From positions 1,705 to 65,704 of the forward strand of contig JADHWI010000004.1 of NCBI GenBank assembly GCA_016783565.1: DNA of 64,000 nucleotides, in the 5' to 3' direction. Below are positions 1 to 9,914 of the stretch, in pieces. Made by a program: the position numbers and the translations under genes. The notes beneath the pieces were generated by a model. That model was not told where the DNA came from. It saw nothing but the letters and a program-made list of their open reading frames with translations, and did not search any database. The DNA is from Kiritimatiellia bacterium. Its GTDB lineage: Bacteria; Verrucomicrobiota; Kiritimatiellia; UBA8416; JADHWI01. The first letter of the stretch is position 1. Each line of letters starts with the position of its first letter.

Positions 1-1
1 A

Positions 2-3000
2 AGTGCGTGCGCGATGCGAAGAGGCTGTGCTGCCCACTGTGGTGGTGTCTACCTGGTTTCGTCGCGACGAAGATGAAGCTTGAGATGCAGGAGAGAGTGA
101 GCCCATAGCTGCCCCTGGACGTGCAGAACTGCGGAAATAGGCGCGTGGTGGAGGAGGCGCGTAGCCTGACAGGGAGGTGTCATCGGTGAGTTGTTCTCTC
201 TGCCTTGCGGTTTGAATTTGTGCAGGAATCGGATTGGCTGGGGATGCGGATGCGGTCTCACGCACTTGTTCTGCGAGTCGGGCAGGTGTAGCGACGTTCA
301 CGGGTTCAAGGCGGGCATGGTTACCGCTGGTTGCCGCATGATTGATTTGAGTCTCCTGCATAACGGTTGCCGTTCGAGTGCTTCGTGGTGTTGACAGTGC
401 GGTCCTCGCCATGGAGGAGGTTGCAGTCGTGCGACCGCCTCTGATTGGCGATGCCGTGGTGGGCCTGGATACTGACGCTTCTGCCGTGCGGCCCTGTGAT
501 CGCTGAACCCCTGTGATGTGTCGAGGGTGCGCAGTGGATGGTGTCGCAGTGTCGTCTGCTGTACCGGCGTCAATATGAACAAGTGTTGCACGTGTGGAAA
601 GTCTGACTGGTGAGGCTGAGGATGCTGCCAATCCTGTTGCGGTTGCCTGAATCGATAGTGCGGGTTTGGCGATGGCACGCGCGTTGTTTGCTCCGGTGAG
701 TTTGGCTGCTCTCGGATCTGCTGCGACGTTAGATCGGGACTCGCGACTGTCAGGGTTGGCATGCGCGAGTCCTTGCGGAGACGGTCGCCCTTCGGGTGTG
801 TCGAATTCCGGTCTCCCCTTGGCTCGATCAGGTGCATTTATTTGTTTCTGCGTCACTCCCTGTTGAGTTCGAGAGATGGTTCCTGTTTGTGATGTGTTAA
901 TGGATGCAAGTGTTCCAGCCAGGGCAATGGTTTCGGTACGCGTTCCAGTCGCGCGAGTAGCCAGAAGAGTCGGTGCCACTTCGGTGCGATTAGAGGGTTG
1001 GTATCCAAATAGTTTCAGGCCGGTAGATTTTGCAATGCGTGTTGACGTTCTCTGCTCTGAGGTGTTCGCAGGTATCGTGTTGGCAGGTAGGGATGCGTTT
1101 TCGCTATCGCTTTGAGAATCCGTGGGTTGGCGACTTTGTGCGAGAGAACTGCGAGGTTGGCCGCGTGTGGTGTGGGTCGTTTCAGGCGTTTCGGTGCGTA
1201 TCAGGTTCGAGTGTTGCGCTACGGCGAGTGCTGCACCTTGTTCGGCAAGTGCTTTCTCTGTTGCGGTAAGCGCTTCGGCTACCGACAGAGGTGAGGCGTC
1301 GGAACGTGGTGTGACCGTGTCGTGAGCAGGGGAGAATGAAGCACGAGTGGATGCATTGTCTGTAGGCACGGCCGTAAATTGCGGAGCTCGCGCAAGAGGA
1401 TGAGGGGCTTCGATGTTCATGCGTTCACCGGTACGTGCAGTGGTGACAGATCGCGCGGAGGGTGATGACGTGCTGGATTCCTCTGTGACAGGTTGATTGT
1501 TGGCAAGCGTTGATGCGGCAGTGCGCAGAGAGAGGGAGGGACTCGTGGTTGCCGTCGTTTTTCGTGGGAGGGATGATTTTGCCATTCCTTGGTTTAGTGT
1601 GCCGGTGGTCCGATGCTGAGGCCTTGCGAATGGTGTGGATGGCGAGGAGATGGTCGATGCAACGGAAGTATCCGCCGACAGGGAAGCCGCAGGCGTGGGC
1701 ATATTGTGCGGGGTGGCCTTGGTGGACCCACGTGCTGCGGTTGCACGGGATGGTTCGTTTATCTCACGTGCATGGTACGCGGTAGCCTGACTTTGTTGTT
1801 GCTGTGCGTGCTCAATGACGAGCAGTCGGCCACTGATGTTGATAACGGTTTCGACGGGAGTGCTCGTGTTATGTACCCGTTCCAAGGCGTCTGAGGAGGG
1901 CGCGATTGGAGTTTGTCTGGCCTGAGTTGTGGAGGCCAGTGATTTATTTGTTCGCAAAGTAGAATCGCGTGCTGGTGATGGTGTGTTCTTTGAGGGAGTT
2001 GCTATTGGTCGGGAAGGTGCTTGACGGCTATCGGCACGCCCCGTTGTACTTCTGGCGATTTTCATGGAAGGTTGTTCGCGTGAAGTAGAGGAGCGCGAGG
2101 AGGTCTTTGATTGTTGATCGGCTTGCAGGACGGCGATCATGCGGCGCAGTTTTAGCGCGGGTTCTGTTCGAGGGGCGACGGGGCTTCGCGTATCAATGCG
2201 TTCGGAAAGCGTGGGGCGTGCACTGGTGTTGTTGGGGAGTTGTGATGTAGATTGGGCAACTGACCTCGCAACATTTTGTGGTGTAGCTGCCTGTGGTCTT
2301 TCGGGCATGGAGCTCTGTGCAGTGTCGGCCGTGGTTTGGCGTGCAGTGTTGACTGGTCTTGCTGCGGTTTTAGCGGAACGTGTTTGTTGGTTCTCTGGTG
2401 TCTTGGTGGATAGAGCGGGCATGCTTTTCGACAATTGCAGGAGTTCCTGTACGGTGAGCGGTTTTTTTGATGTTTTCATGGGGCGTGATTCGCTGGGCTC
2501 AGGTGTATTCGGATTACTCTGTGGCGCTCTCTTCACTAACTTGAGGGTGGGTGGGTGTTGCTGTTGAGGGGTGGGCACGCTTCGTGGCCTTGCGGTGTCA
2601 GTTTGTATTGGCTGTTGAGGTGATGCACGGGAGACGTCCACCGCGCGGCGTTGCTCGGGGCGACGTGGCTGTGGCTCAGGAGTTTGGCGCGATTCTTGAC
2701 GCGCCATTTCCAGTTTGAGTGCATCTGTAGTCTGTGTATGTTGCATTTTTTGAAGCTGCGTTTCGATCTGTTGCTCAGGGGCGGGTGTCTTAACCATTTT
2801 CGGCTGGGATCGGCTCTGTGACGTCTGGCGCGATTGGGGGGCTGCAGGTTCGGGTTTTGCCACCTGTTCGTCCTGGGGTGAGAACGGTTTTGTTACGGGA
2901 GTGGATTCCAGTTTGCGATTAGATCTGTGGTCTGTTGGTTCTTGATTTTGCGGCTGTTCCGCTGTCCGTGCGGTAGCCATTTTCGTGGTGTCGGTAGCGG

Positions 3001-3673
3001 GTTGGGTGGGCCGTGTGGGTGCCAGCTCTTCTTTTACCGGGCTTGGCTGCTTATTCGGTGGTGCCGTTTTGATGTTTGTTCGATTGGCTGAGACTTTCTC
3101 CATCTGAGGTATTGTGGGCTCGGCCTTGTCGGGTTGGGTAAGCTTTTCGGCTGTTTCTTTCTGGTTGCGGGGTTTAAAGGTGCGTGAGTCTTCCGGGGAA
3201 ACATCGGTTCGTCGTTGGCGGAGGGTTTCGCCCATAGATGTTTCCTGAAAAGAGGGGACACCGGCATCGACTTCGTGTCGGCTTTCCTGATGCACCACTG
3301 TGACATCGCGTGACTTGATGATCCAGACACTGAAGAAGGTAACGGTCAAAAGATGCATTAATGCGCTGAGTAAAAAACAGGATGCCAATAGTTCCGGTTT
3401 GTGCCGGTAATGTCGGAGAATGGCCACGATCAGCGTGGTGATTGCCAGCAGCAGAAAGAGGGAAACGAGTGGTTGTTGCAGGAACTCGAGAGAGTATAGC
3501 AGGTACAGTTTCCAAAATGGCGGGCCATGGTCGTACAGCAGTAGCGTTGACGCTACTGTCAGCGCAGGAAGCAGAAGGGCAAGTGCTCGATAGAAACGGT
3601 TACGAATGACCGTTTTCCTCGCTTGATCCTTAAGATCCTGCGTGTCGTGTGGTGAGATAAGTCCGTTCGACAT
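2..3673 (-). CDS. Giant TonB/TolA-like membrane-anchored protein, >1220 aa, 3' end outside the window (not in ORF track)
   Basis: Manual translation from ATG at 3673 gives MSNGLISPHDTQDLKDQARKTVIRNRFYRALALLLPALTVASTLLL... with about three hydrophobic segments, the last containing SALMH (the S-x3-H motif of TonB/TolA anchors), then a long T/S/P/A/R-rich low-complexity tract. The ORF track lists no terminated ORF in this frame, consistent with no stop before the edge. Overlaps the 3' end of exbD. Confidence 0.75.
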   Translation of the reverse strand, partial: MSNGLISPHDTQDLKDQARKTVIRNRFYRALALLLPALTVASTLLLYDHGPPFWKLYLLYSLEFLQQPLVSLFLLLAITTLIVAILRHYRHKPELLASCFLLSALMHLLTVTFFSVWIIKSRDVTVVHQESRHEVDAGVPSFQETSMGETLRQRRTDVSPEDSRTFKPRNQKETAEKLTQPDKAEPTIPQMEKVSANRTNIKTAPPNKQPSPVKEELAPTRPTQPATDTTKMATARTAEQPQNQEPTDHRSNRKLESTPVTKPFSPQDEQVAKPEPAAPQSRQTSQSRSQPKMVKTPAPEQQIETQLQKMQHTQTTDALKLEMARQESRQTPEPQPRRPEQRRAVDVSRASPQQPIQTDTARPRSVPTPQQQHPPTLKLVKRAPQSNPNTPEPSESRPMKTSKKPLTVQELLQLSKSMPALSTKTPENQQTRSAKTAARPVNTARQTTADTAQSSMPERPQAATPQNVARSVAQSTSQLPNNTSARPTLSERIDTRSPVAPRTEPALKLRRMIAVLQADQQSKTSSRSSTSREQPSMKIARSTTGRADSRQAPSRPIATPSKNTPSPARDSTLRTNKSLASTTQARQTPIAPSSDALERVHNTSTPVETVINISGRLLVIEHAQQQQSQATAYHAREINEPSRATAARGSTKATPHNMPTPAASLSADTSVASTISSPSTPFARPQHRTTGTLNQGMAKSSLPRKTTATTSPSLSLRTAASTLANNQPVTEESSTSSPSARSVTTARTGERMNIEAPHPLARAPQFTAVPTDNASTRASFSPAHDTVTPRSDASPLSVAEALTATEKALAEQGAALAVAQHSNLIRTETPETTHTTRGQPRSSLAQSRQPTDSQSDSENASLPANTIPANTSEQRTSTRIAKSTGLKLFGYQPSNRTEVAPTLLATRATGTRTETIALAGTLASINTSQTGTISRTQQGVTQKQINAPDRAKGRPEFDTPEGRPSPQGLAHANPDSRESRSNVAADPRAAKLTGANNARAIAKPALSIQATATGLAASSASPVRLSTRATLVHIDAGTADDTATPSTAHPRHITGVQRSQGRTAEASVSRPTTASPIRGGRTTATSSMARTALSTPRSTRTATVMQETQINHAATSGNHARLEPVNVATPARLAEQVRETASASPANPIPAQIQTARQREQLTDDTSLSGYAPPPPRAYFRSSARPGAAMGSLSPASQASSSSRRNQVDTTTVGSTASSHRART

Positions 3674-4043
3674 GATGTTTCTCGCAAAGATCAAGAACGT
3701 TAACGGCGTGGTGGAGGACCGTGTTCTTGTCGCCACGTATGACGACAGTCTGGTTTGGGTTGGCCTTAATGGCTGCTTTAAGCATGTGGTCCACTTCGTC
3801 GATTGTGCGTTCGCGTCCAGCGATCAGCAGGCTGCCATTATCGGCAATGTTAATGACCAGTTCTTCGGGAATGGCCGTGACAGGACGGGCGTGTTGGCTG
3901 GATGGTGGCTTTACGCGCACGTCGCGCTCAATGTCTGCAAATTTAGTGGCAACGAGGAAGAAAATAAGCAGCAGAAACACTATGTCGATGACCGGTGTCA
4001 GGTTGAGTTCAATGTGCTCTTCTTCCGGTAGTTTTATGGGCAC
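3630..4043 (-). CDS. exbD: Biopolymer transport protein ExbD/TolR
   Basis: ELNLTPVIDIVFLLLIFFLV TM motif with the conserved Asp; C-terminal VVIRGDKN. Confidence 0.93.
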   Translation of the reverse strand: MPIKLPEEEHIELNLTPVIDIVFLLLIFFLVATKFADIERDVRVKPPSSQHARPVTAIPEELVINIADNGSLLIAGRERTIDEVDHMLKAAIKANPNQTVVIRGDKNTVLHHAVNVLDLCEKHHVERTYLTTRHAGS

Positions 4044-4045
4044 GG

Positions 4046-4837
4046 TCAGACCTCCTCGGGAGCGGATTCAGAGGCTGTCATTCGCTCGACAAGCTCAATG
4101 GTGATGTCATCCATCTCGTTGACCAGACGTTCGATTTTGTCCACGAACAGGTAATAGAGAATGAGCGATGGAATTGCGATTGCGAGGCCAACGGCCGTGG
4201 TGACCAGAGCCTGATAAATGCCTGCGGCAAGGAGCTCGGTCTTGCCAAGCGCTTCCTGTTTGGATGCCACTGTCATGAAAGCATTGATCATGCCGAGAAC
4301 GGTGCCCAGTAGCCCGAGTAGTGGTGCCACGCTGGCTACAACAGATAATGCACGGCAATTTCTGCGCATGGTTGCGGCTTCTTTGGCACCCGCATCTTCA
4401 ATGGCCTTTTCAATTTCCATGGTGGGCCGGTATGCCTTGCGTAACCCGGCTCGAACTACGCGTACGATAGGGCTGTCCTCGGATCGGATATCATTCAGCA
4501 GTTTTTTGACATCAAGGGAGCCGTGTGTTCTGTTTGTGACGCTGCGAATGCGAGTGACCACATCGGGCGGGAGGATTTTTCTTCTTTGCAAGCTGACGGT
4601 GCGTTCAATGCCAAAAGCCACCATGATGAAGCTGGCGATGTACAAGGGGTACATCAATCCTCCACCCTTACGAAGCAGCTCCGAAAAAGTGGGTGCACCG
4701 CCTGTATCTTCGGTCATGAAAAGGGTAGCGCCGGGATCTTCCGTCTCGGGCTCAGTTGTTGGCGTGACGTTTTGTGAAAGAATCGCGCTACAAGTGACGA
4801 GGAAGAGAAAGGTCAGAAGTGTGATACGCTTGATCAT
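4046..4837 (-). CDS. exbB: MotA/TolQ/ExbB proton channel family protein
   Basis: APLLGLLGTVLGMI and GIYQALVTTAVGLAIAIP motifs; start placed at ATG 4837 after a GGGAG RBS. Confidence 0.92.
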   Translation of the reverse strand: MIKRITLLTFLFLVTCSAILSQNVTPTTEPETEDPGATLFMTEDTGGAPTFSELLRKGGGLMYPLYIASFIMVAFGIERTVSLQRRKILPPDVVTRIRSVTNRTHGSLDVKKLLNDIRSEDSPIVRVVRAGLRKAYRPTMEIEKAIEDAGAKEAATMRRNCRALSVVASVAPLLGLLGTVLGMINAFMTVASKQEALGKTELLAAGIYQALVTTAVGLAIAIPSLILYYLFVDKIERLVNEMDDITIELVERMTASESAPEEV

Positions 4838-4870
4838 AAATGCTCCCTGCATGTGTGATGTGTTGCGGTG

Positions 4871-7800
4871 TTATTTGATTCGATCCGCTGCCAGTTCTGC
4901 CCATTGCGTGCCTTTGTGGTCACGCATAAGCGCCGTGAAGGTGTCTTTTGCTTCCTGCTCCTGGCCTTGAGCCTGGTAGCATTTTCCGCATTCAAACATG
5001 GATGCGGCAACCCATTCAGGTGCATGCATGTAGAGTGCCTGCACGCGAAGATAGGCTACGACCGCATGCTTGTAATCCTCGCGAATCTGATGAGCTTGTC
5101 CCACATAGAATTGCGCTTCTGCGGCGGCTTCGGAGCGACTATTGCGGGTGCATTCTGTCAGAGTTTCAACGGCATCGTCATAACGTTTAAGACCGTACTG
5201 GGCCTTTCCCTTTATCAAGTAGGCCTTGGCTGCCACTGCGTGGTTCGGATAGGCGGCAAGGAGTGCATGGATGGCTTTAATGGCTTTCTCTTGTTCGTTC
5301 AATGCCAGTAGATGGTCTCCTCTGGCTAATAGCGCATCAGGCAGGTACTCGAACGAAGCAAAGGCCGAATCCCCGGTCAAACGCTCCAGGCGCTTGGCGG
5401 CTGTTTTCAGGTCGTTAAGTTTGGCGTGGCACAGTCCTGATTGAAACAATGCGTCGGCTAGCAGTTCGCTCTTGGGGCATTCCGTAATGAGTCTATCGAA
5501 GGCTTTGGCTGCGCCGGCATGGTCTTCCGTTGTCCATCCGCACCAACCTATTCGGTATAACGCTTTGTCTTTGAGGCGGCTATTTTCTGTGCCAGTGAGA
5601 ACCTTGGCGTATAGCGCTCGTGCTTCGGTGAGCAGTGCATGGGCATCTTTCCCACTGTCGGCGCGTTGGTATTTGGCTTCAGCCAGATGAAAATATGCAT
5701 CGGCAGCCAAGGCATCATTCGGGAATTTATCCGATAGCACTTGAAATGCTGCCAGACTTTTTTCGGCGTTGCCGGCTTCACGCCACGACCAGGCTTGTTC
5801 GTAATAGAGTCTGGGTTGGTCGTCTGCGGCGGGAAATTTTCTCACGGCAGCATCAAAGGCTTGGGCGGCATTCTCCCATGATTTTTGTTCCTGTAGACAC
5901 GTGGCCAGGTTGACTTGGGCGGAGCGGGCTAAGTCGTGCTTGCTGTGTTTTTTCAGAAGGTTGTTAAATGCCTCGGTAGCTTTTTCCCATTGGGATGCCT
6001 TCATTAATGCACGGCCGCGTCGATAAAATGCCTGCGGAATTACGTCTGGCTGGTCGGACTGTTTTGTGACCGCTTCGAATGACTGGGCTGCGGCGTCCCA
6101 ATTATTCTGTTCGTATTGTGACAAGCCGAGGCCAAACCAGGCGTAGGCGGTCAGGTCGTCAGTGGTGTCGCGTTGTGTCAGGGTTTGATACGCTTCAGCA
6201 GCGGCCTTGTAATCCTTGGTGTCGAAGTAGCACTCTGCCAATTGGTAGCGTGCATGCGCAGACAGATCGCTGTCTGCGTAATTTTTGAGAAAGCGTTTAA
6301 GAAGGCGAGCAGCCTTGCCGCGTTCATCCAGTTGGATCAGGGCCATGCCTGATTTGAACAATGCGTCATCCTCAAAGTGGTTGTGATCCTGGGAGTCGAG
6401 ATAGTCGTTAAGCGCAGCCACGGCTTCTTTATACTGCTCCAGATCAAACAGGCAAATGCCCTTGAGGTATTGTGATTCGGCAGTGATGACAGGGTCGGCC
6501 TGTTTAAGATTGATGCGATCGATAGCCTTGAGTGCATCCGTATTGCGTTTTGCATAGCGATGTATCCATGCCAGCCGGAAATGTACGCGTGGAAGTTGAT
6601 CTTTTGTTCCGTTTTTTTGTTTCAGGTAGGATTCGTAACGTTCTGCTGCAGCATCGTAGTTTTCGGAAAGGAAGCGATTTTCGGCGCCGAGAAAAATCGC
6701 CTGCGCAAGGAGTGTATGATCGCTGTACTGTTTGATGAACTGATTACAGAGGCGATCTGATTCGGCATAGTTGTCTGTTCGGTGTAGTGCTACACAGGCG
6801 GAATACAAAGCGTGCGGTGCTTGTTCCTGCTTGTTGAATGCGTCTGCGTATCCGGTGAAAGCTTTTGCTGCTGCGTTATAATCATTTTGAGCCAGCAAGG
6901 CGTCCGCCAGACCGAGTTGCATGTCTCCTGCCAGAGAGGATTTTGGGTAGGCCTGGATAGCTTCGCGGAAAGTCTTTGCGGCATCGTCGGCTTTGTTTTG
7001 CTTAAGAAAACTCATGCCTATCCAATATGCGGCCTCATCAGCGGGAGGGGTTTTGGTATCGGCAAGAGGGAGTAAGCGTTCGATGGCCATTTTATAGTCG
7101 CCGGATTCATAGCGGAACGTGCCGGAATAGAGCATGGCTTTTGTTACGCGTGGGTTTTTTGGAAATTGTTTTACCATGTCGGCAAAGGCATCTGAGGCGG
7201 CATTTAGGTCATTGTCCCGGTACAGGGAAAGTCCCAATTCAAATGCGGCTGCGGCTGCGTACTCCCCGCCGCCCTGCATGACGTTCTTATAATTTTGTGC
7301 TGCACCTTTGAAGTTGTCTTGTCGAAATTGTGACTGAGCCAGTCGAAACCGGGCTTCCTCTGCGAGCGAGCTGCTCGCAAATGTTTCCAGGAATTGCGTG
7401 AATCGTACGGTGGCGGGCTCAAATTTCTCCTGGTTGAACTGTGAGAGTCCCAGGAGAAAGACGCTACGTTCGATCAGGTTCAAGAAAGTTTCCGTCGCTT
7501 TAATTCCCGCTTCGGCCATTTCTTTGAACATTTTTTTTGTGGCGGTTCCCTTGTTAATCTTTTTTCCACGTGGTGCATATTTATCGACAAAGATTGTGAG
7601 CAATGCTTCGGCATCGCCGGCTTTTTCCAAACTCACCAGGCAGGCGGCCTGGCGTGCCGTGGCCCAGTCGGCAAGGTAATGTGATGTGAAGTTCTTACGT
7701 GTTAATTCGAATGCAGATGCAGCTTCGTTGAAGTGTTCGAGGGCTACATGGCTCTGTCCGAGTTGAAACAGGACTTCAGCGCCCTGAGGAAAATCCGGGT

Positions 7801-8104
7801 ATTGCTTGTGTAGAGCTTCGTATCGACTCACTGCCTCGGCGAACTTATCCTGGTGAAATAAAGATTGCGCGAGTCCGAAAAGAACATCGGCCTTTTTTTC
7901 ATGTTTCGGGTGGTTTTCGAGAAATTCCTCGTAGGACTCAACGGCCAATTGGTACTTTCCTGTGTTGTAGAGCCAGGCTGCAAAATTGTAGTCATCAACC
8001 GCTTTATCGCTGCCTGCGGCCAGTATTGAGACGGTCGATGCAAATAGACTTATCACCAAGAAAAGGTGTATTGCTGCTAGTCGTGATCGTGTGTTCAAGA
8101 GCAT
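4871..8104 (-). CDS. Secreted/periplasmic multi-TPR protein (1077 aa; CpoB/BamD-like repeats)
   Basis: N-terminal signal peptide; TPR-type helical repeats (A..A.Y.LG...F) over the whole length; first gene of the exbBD operon. Confidence 0.9.
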   Translation of the reverse strand: MLLNTRSRLAAIHLFLVISLFASTVSILAAGSDKAVDDYNFAAWLYNTGKYQLAVESYEEFLENHPKHEKKADVLFGLAQSLFHQDKFAEAVSRYEALHKQYPDFPQGAEVLFQLGQSHVALEHFNEAASAFELTRKNFTSHYLADWATARQAACLVSLEKAGDAEALLTIFVDKYAPRGKKINKGTATKKMFKEMAEAGIKATETFLNLIERSVFLLGLSQFNQEKFEPATVRFTQFLETFASSSLAEEARFRLAQSQFRQDNFKGAAQNYKNVMQGGGEYAAAAAFELGLSLYRDNDLNAASDAFADMVKQFPKNPRVTKAMLYSGTFRYESGDYKMAIERLLPLADTKTPPADEAAYWIGMSFLKQNKADDAAKTFREAIQAYPKSSLAGDMQLGLADALLAQNDYNAAAKAFTGYADAFNKQEQAPHALYSACVALHRTDNYAESDRLCNQFIKQYSDHTLLAQAIFLGAENRFLSENYDAAAERYESYLKQKNGTKDQLPRVHFRLAWIHRYAKRNTDALKAIDRINLKQADPVITAESQYLKGICLFDLEQYKEAVAALNDYLDSQDHNHFEDDALFKSGMALIQLDERGKAARLLKRFLKNYADSDLSAHARYQLAECYFDTKDYKAAAEAYQTLTQRDTTDDLTAYAWFGLGLSQYEQNNWDAAAQSFEAVTKQSDQPDVIPQAFYRRGRALMKASQWEKATEAFNNLLKKHSKHDLARSAQVNLATCLQEQKSWENAAQAFDAAVRKFPAADDQPRLYYEQAWSWREAGNAEKSLAAFQVLSDKFPNDALAADAYFHLAEAKYQRADSGKDAHALLTEARALYAKVLTGTENSRLKDKALYRIGWCGWTTEDHAGAAKAFDRLITECPKSELLADALFQSGLCHAKLNDLKTAAKRLERLTGDSAFASFEYLPDALLARGDHLLALNEQEKAIKAIHALLAAYPNHAVAAKAYLIKGKAQYGLKRYDDAVETLTECTRNSRSEAAAEAQFYVGQAHQIREDYKHAVVAYLRVQALYMHAPEWVAASMFECGKCYQAQGQEQEAKDTFTALMRDHKGTQWAELAADRIK

Positions 8105-8271
8105 TCTCCTTTCAGGAAAACAGTTTTTAAAACGCTTGAAAATCCTTGCCCTGTGTTCGGCATATTTCGCAAGGATAAACTTCTTTGGATACTATAGTTC
8201 CGGGAGGTGCGATGGCAAGACATGCTGTATAAATCCTGCATACTTTGTTGTTTTATTGCTTGAGAGCGGCA

Positions 8272-8299
8272 TTGACTTCCTGTGGGAATCTGGTACAAA
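8272..8299 (+). promoter_or_regulatory. Putative sigma70 promoter of the small basic protein gene
   Basis: TTGACT-16 nt-TACAAA with an extended -10 TG. Confidence 0.4.
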
Positions 8300-8386
8300 G
8301 ACACGCTCATTTGCATCGGGGTGGGTTAAACCGTCCTTTTAACGGGATAAAGAACAAATTGAATTGAGAAGACCGGAGTAGGTGTT

Positions 8387-8542
8387 ATGTCTCAGCATCC
8401 AAGTTTGAAATCGGCAAGTCGTATCAAGGTAAAACGGAATGTCTTGAAGCGCTTTGAACGCGTTGACATTTTGCGTGATCATGGGAAATGGAAAGAGGGT
8501 GATCGCGGAATGGGGTTGCCGAAGACAAAATCGGAAGAATAA
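8387..8542 (+). CDS. PVC-superphylum small basic signature protein (51 aa; below the ORF-track cutoff)
   Basis: MSQHPSLKSASRIKVKRNVLKRFERVDILRDHGKWKEGDRGMGLPKTKSEE; the MS.H.SL...RNVL.R.ER...GLPK pattern is typical of this family; GGAG upstream. Confidence 0.9.
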   Translation: MSQHPSLKSASRIKVKRNVLKRFERVDILRDHGKWKEGDRGMGLPKTKSEE

Positions 8543-8618
8543 TCCTTTTTTATCGTGCAGCGTGACCTTTTTTTTCGGTTTTGCTCTGGGTCCTGTCATT
8601 TCTAAAGGGGATAATCAA

Positions 8619-9674
8619 ATGTCAATGCGAGCAGGAGCGAGCAGGGTTGCCCTTGTGGCAGTATTCCTGATCGCGCTATGCAGTGTTGATGAAGGTTTCT
8701 CCCAAAATGACCAGCGTATCGTTGGTTCTCGCGGTGCACATCTTCGTGCCGCGCCCTCTGATCGTGCATTTTCCGTACTGGATGTCCGTGGTGGCACGCA
8801 GGTTACGGTTGTGGATGACACACAACAAGGCTGGATTGGTGTTGTTGCTCCTCAGAATGCAGCGCTTTGGGTCTATGGGGACTTGATTCGTAATGACCGT
8901 GTGATTGCGCCTCGTATGCTCGTTCGTGCCGGCCCCGGCATTGATTATGAGGGAGTAGGGGATATTAAAAAGGGGCATCGTGTCACCATCCGCGGACGAC
9001 AGGACGATTGGGTTAAGATTCTGCCACCGGAAGGTGTTGTGCTTTGGCTGAAACGCAGTGATATTGTTTCTCCTGTAGCGATTGAGAAGCCCCAACCTGA
9101 GCCTCAGCCCAAGCCTGAGCCCAAGCCGGACCCTGACTCAGGGGTTAAACAGAAACAGTCTTCCGTCGTTGTTAGCGCAATACCTTCTCAGGTCTCGAGC
9201 CCTGCTCGACAAGCTGAATCACCAAAGGTGGCATCTAAGCTGCAACCTATTCGACCCACGCAAGGCGTAAAACCCTCTCCGGTTCCGGTGCGCAGAAGGG
9301 GGGCACGTCCTCTCTTTAAACCGCAGCCTAAGCCGGAACGGGCTGATCCCAAACCGGATCCCATTGAGTGGGCTGGTAAGGTTGAGGAAGGGGAGATGGT
9401 TGCCATTCCGCGTGGCTCGATACGGGTGCGAGAAGTTACGATGAGTGGGCGAGTGAAGCGTGCCCCGATTTTCCCTCTAAAGCGTTATAGCAAATATCGA
9501 TTGGTTCGTCGTAATGCGAACGGACAGAGCGTGACGGCCTATTATCTTTTAGGACCCGAAGATCGGCTGGAAGCTCTGGTAGGGCGTGCGGTTGAGGTGT
9601 CTGGTACGGAGTATGCGGTTCCTGAACAGCGTACCCCTGCTCTCGCATTGAGTGCAATTAAGCTTGCGCCGTAG
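8619..9674 (+). CDS. Secreted SH3b-domain protein with a Pro-rich linker
   Basis: Signal peptide; two SH3b-like modules (HLRAAPS...GWIGV; VRAGPGIDY...DWVKI); PEPQPKPEPKP linker; AAGGGG upstream of ATG 8619. Confidence 0.8.
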   Translation: MSMRAGASRVALVAVFLIALCSVDEGFSQNDQRIVGSRGAHLRAAPSDRAFSVLDVRGGTQVTVVDDTQQGWIGVVAPQNAALWVYGDLIRNDRVIAPRMLVRAGPGIDYEGVGDIKKGHRVTIRGRQDDWVKILPPEGVVLWLKRSDIVSPVAIEKPQPEPQPKPEPKPDPDSGVKQKQSSVVVSAIPSQVSSPARQAESPKVASKLQPIRPTQGVKPSPVPVRRRGARPLFKPQPKPERADPKPDPIEWAGKVEEGEMVAIPRGSIRVREVTMSGRVKRAPIFPLKRYSKYRLVRRNANGQSVTAYYLLGPEDRLEALVGRAVEVSGTEYAVPEQRTPALALSAIKLAP

Positions 9675-9726
9675 GCTTCCGGTGCGGTCCGGGACCAGAA
9701 AACGCTACAGAATCTCGGACGGCCTG

Positions 9727-9807
9727 CCAGCCCTCCTGCTGGTCGGGAGCAGGCTGGGCGAGGGACCCGACTTCGCGCAAGGCTTCGTAGGCCATGCCGC
9801 CGTCCCT
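9727..9807. repeat. Cluster of GC-rich inverted repeats (REP-like) between convergent genes
   Basis: CCAGCC/GGCTGG and CCTGCT/AGCAGG arms; AGGGAC...GTCCCT enclosing CCCGACTTCGCGCAAGGCTTCGTAGGC. Confidence 0.45.
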
Positions 9808-9914
9808 AGCATTCAACTTGCGGTGTCTCGAAAAGGTAGGGTCAATCCTGTGATCGCCGAGCGCCCCTCGCAACACGTCGCAATCTGAATTCCGCAATTC
9901 GCTCTTCGGCGCGT

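Noticed and set aside
1-3515. Short ORF-track ORFs in the first 3.5 kb, or a long non-coding region
   Set aside because: They are explained as shadows of the single long minus-strand ORF starting at 3673.
8454-8618. N-terminal extension of the SH3 protein in the ORF track
   Set aside because: It overlaps the small basic protein gene; the RBS and signal peptide fit ATG 8619.
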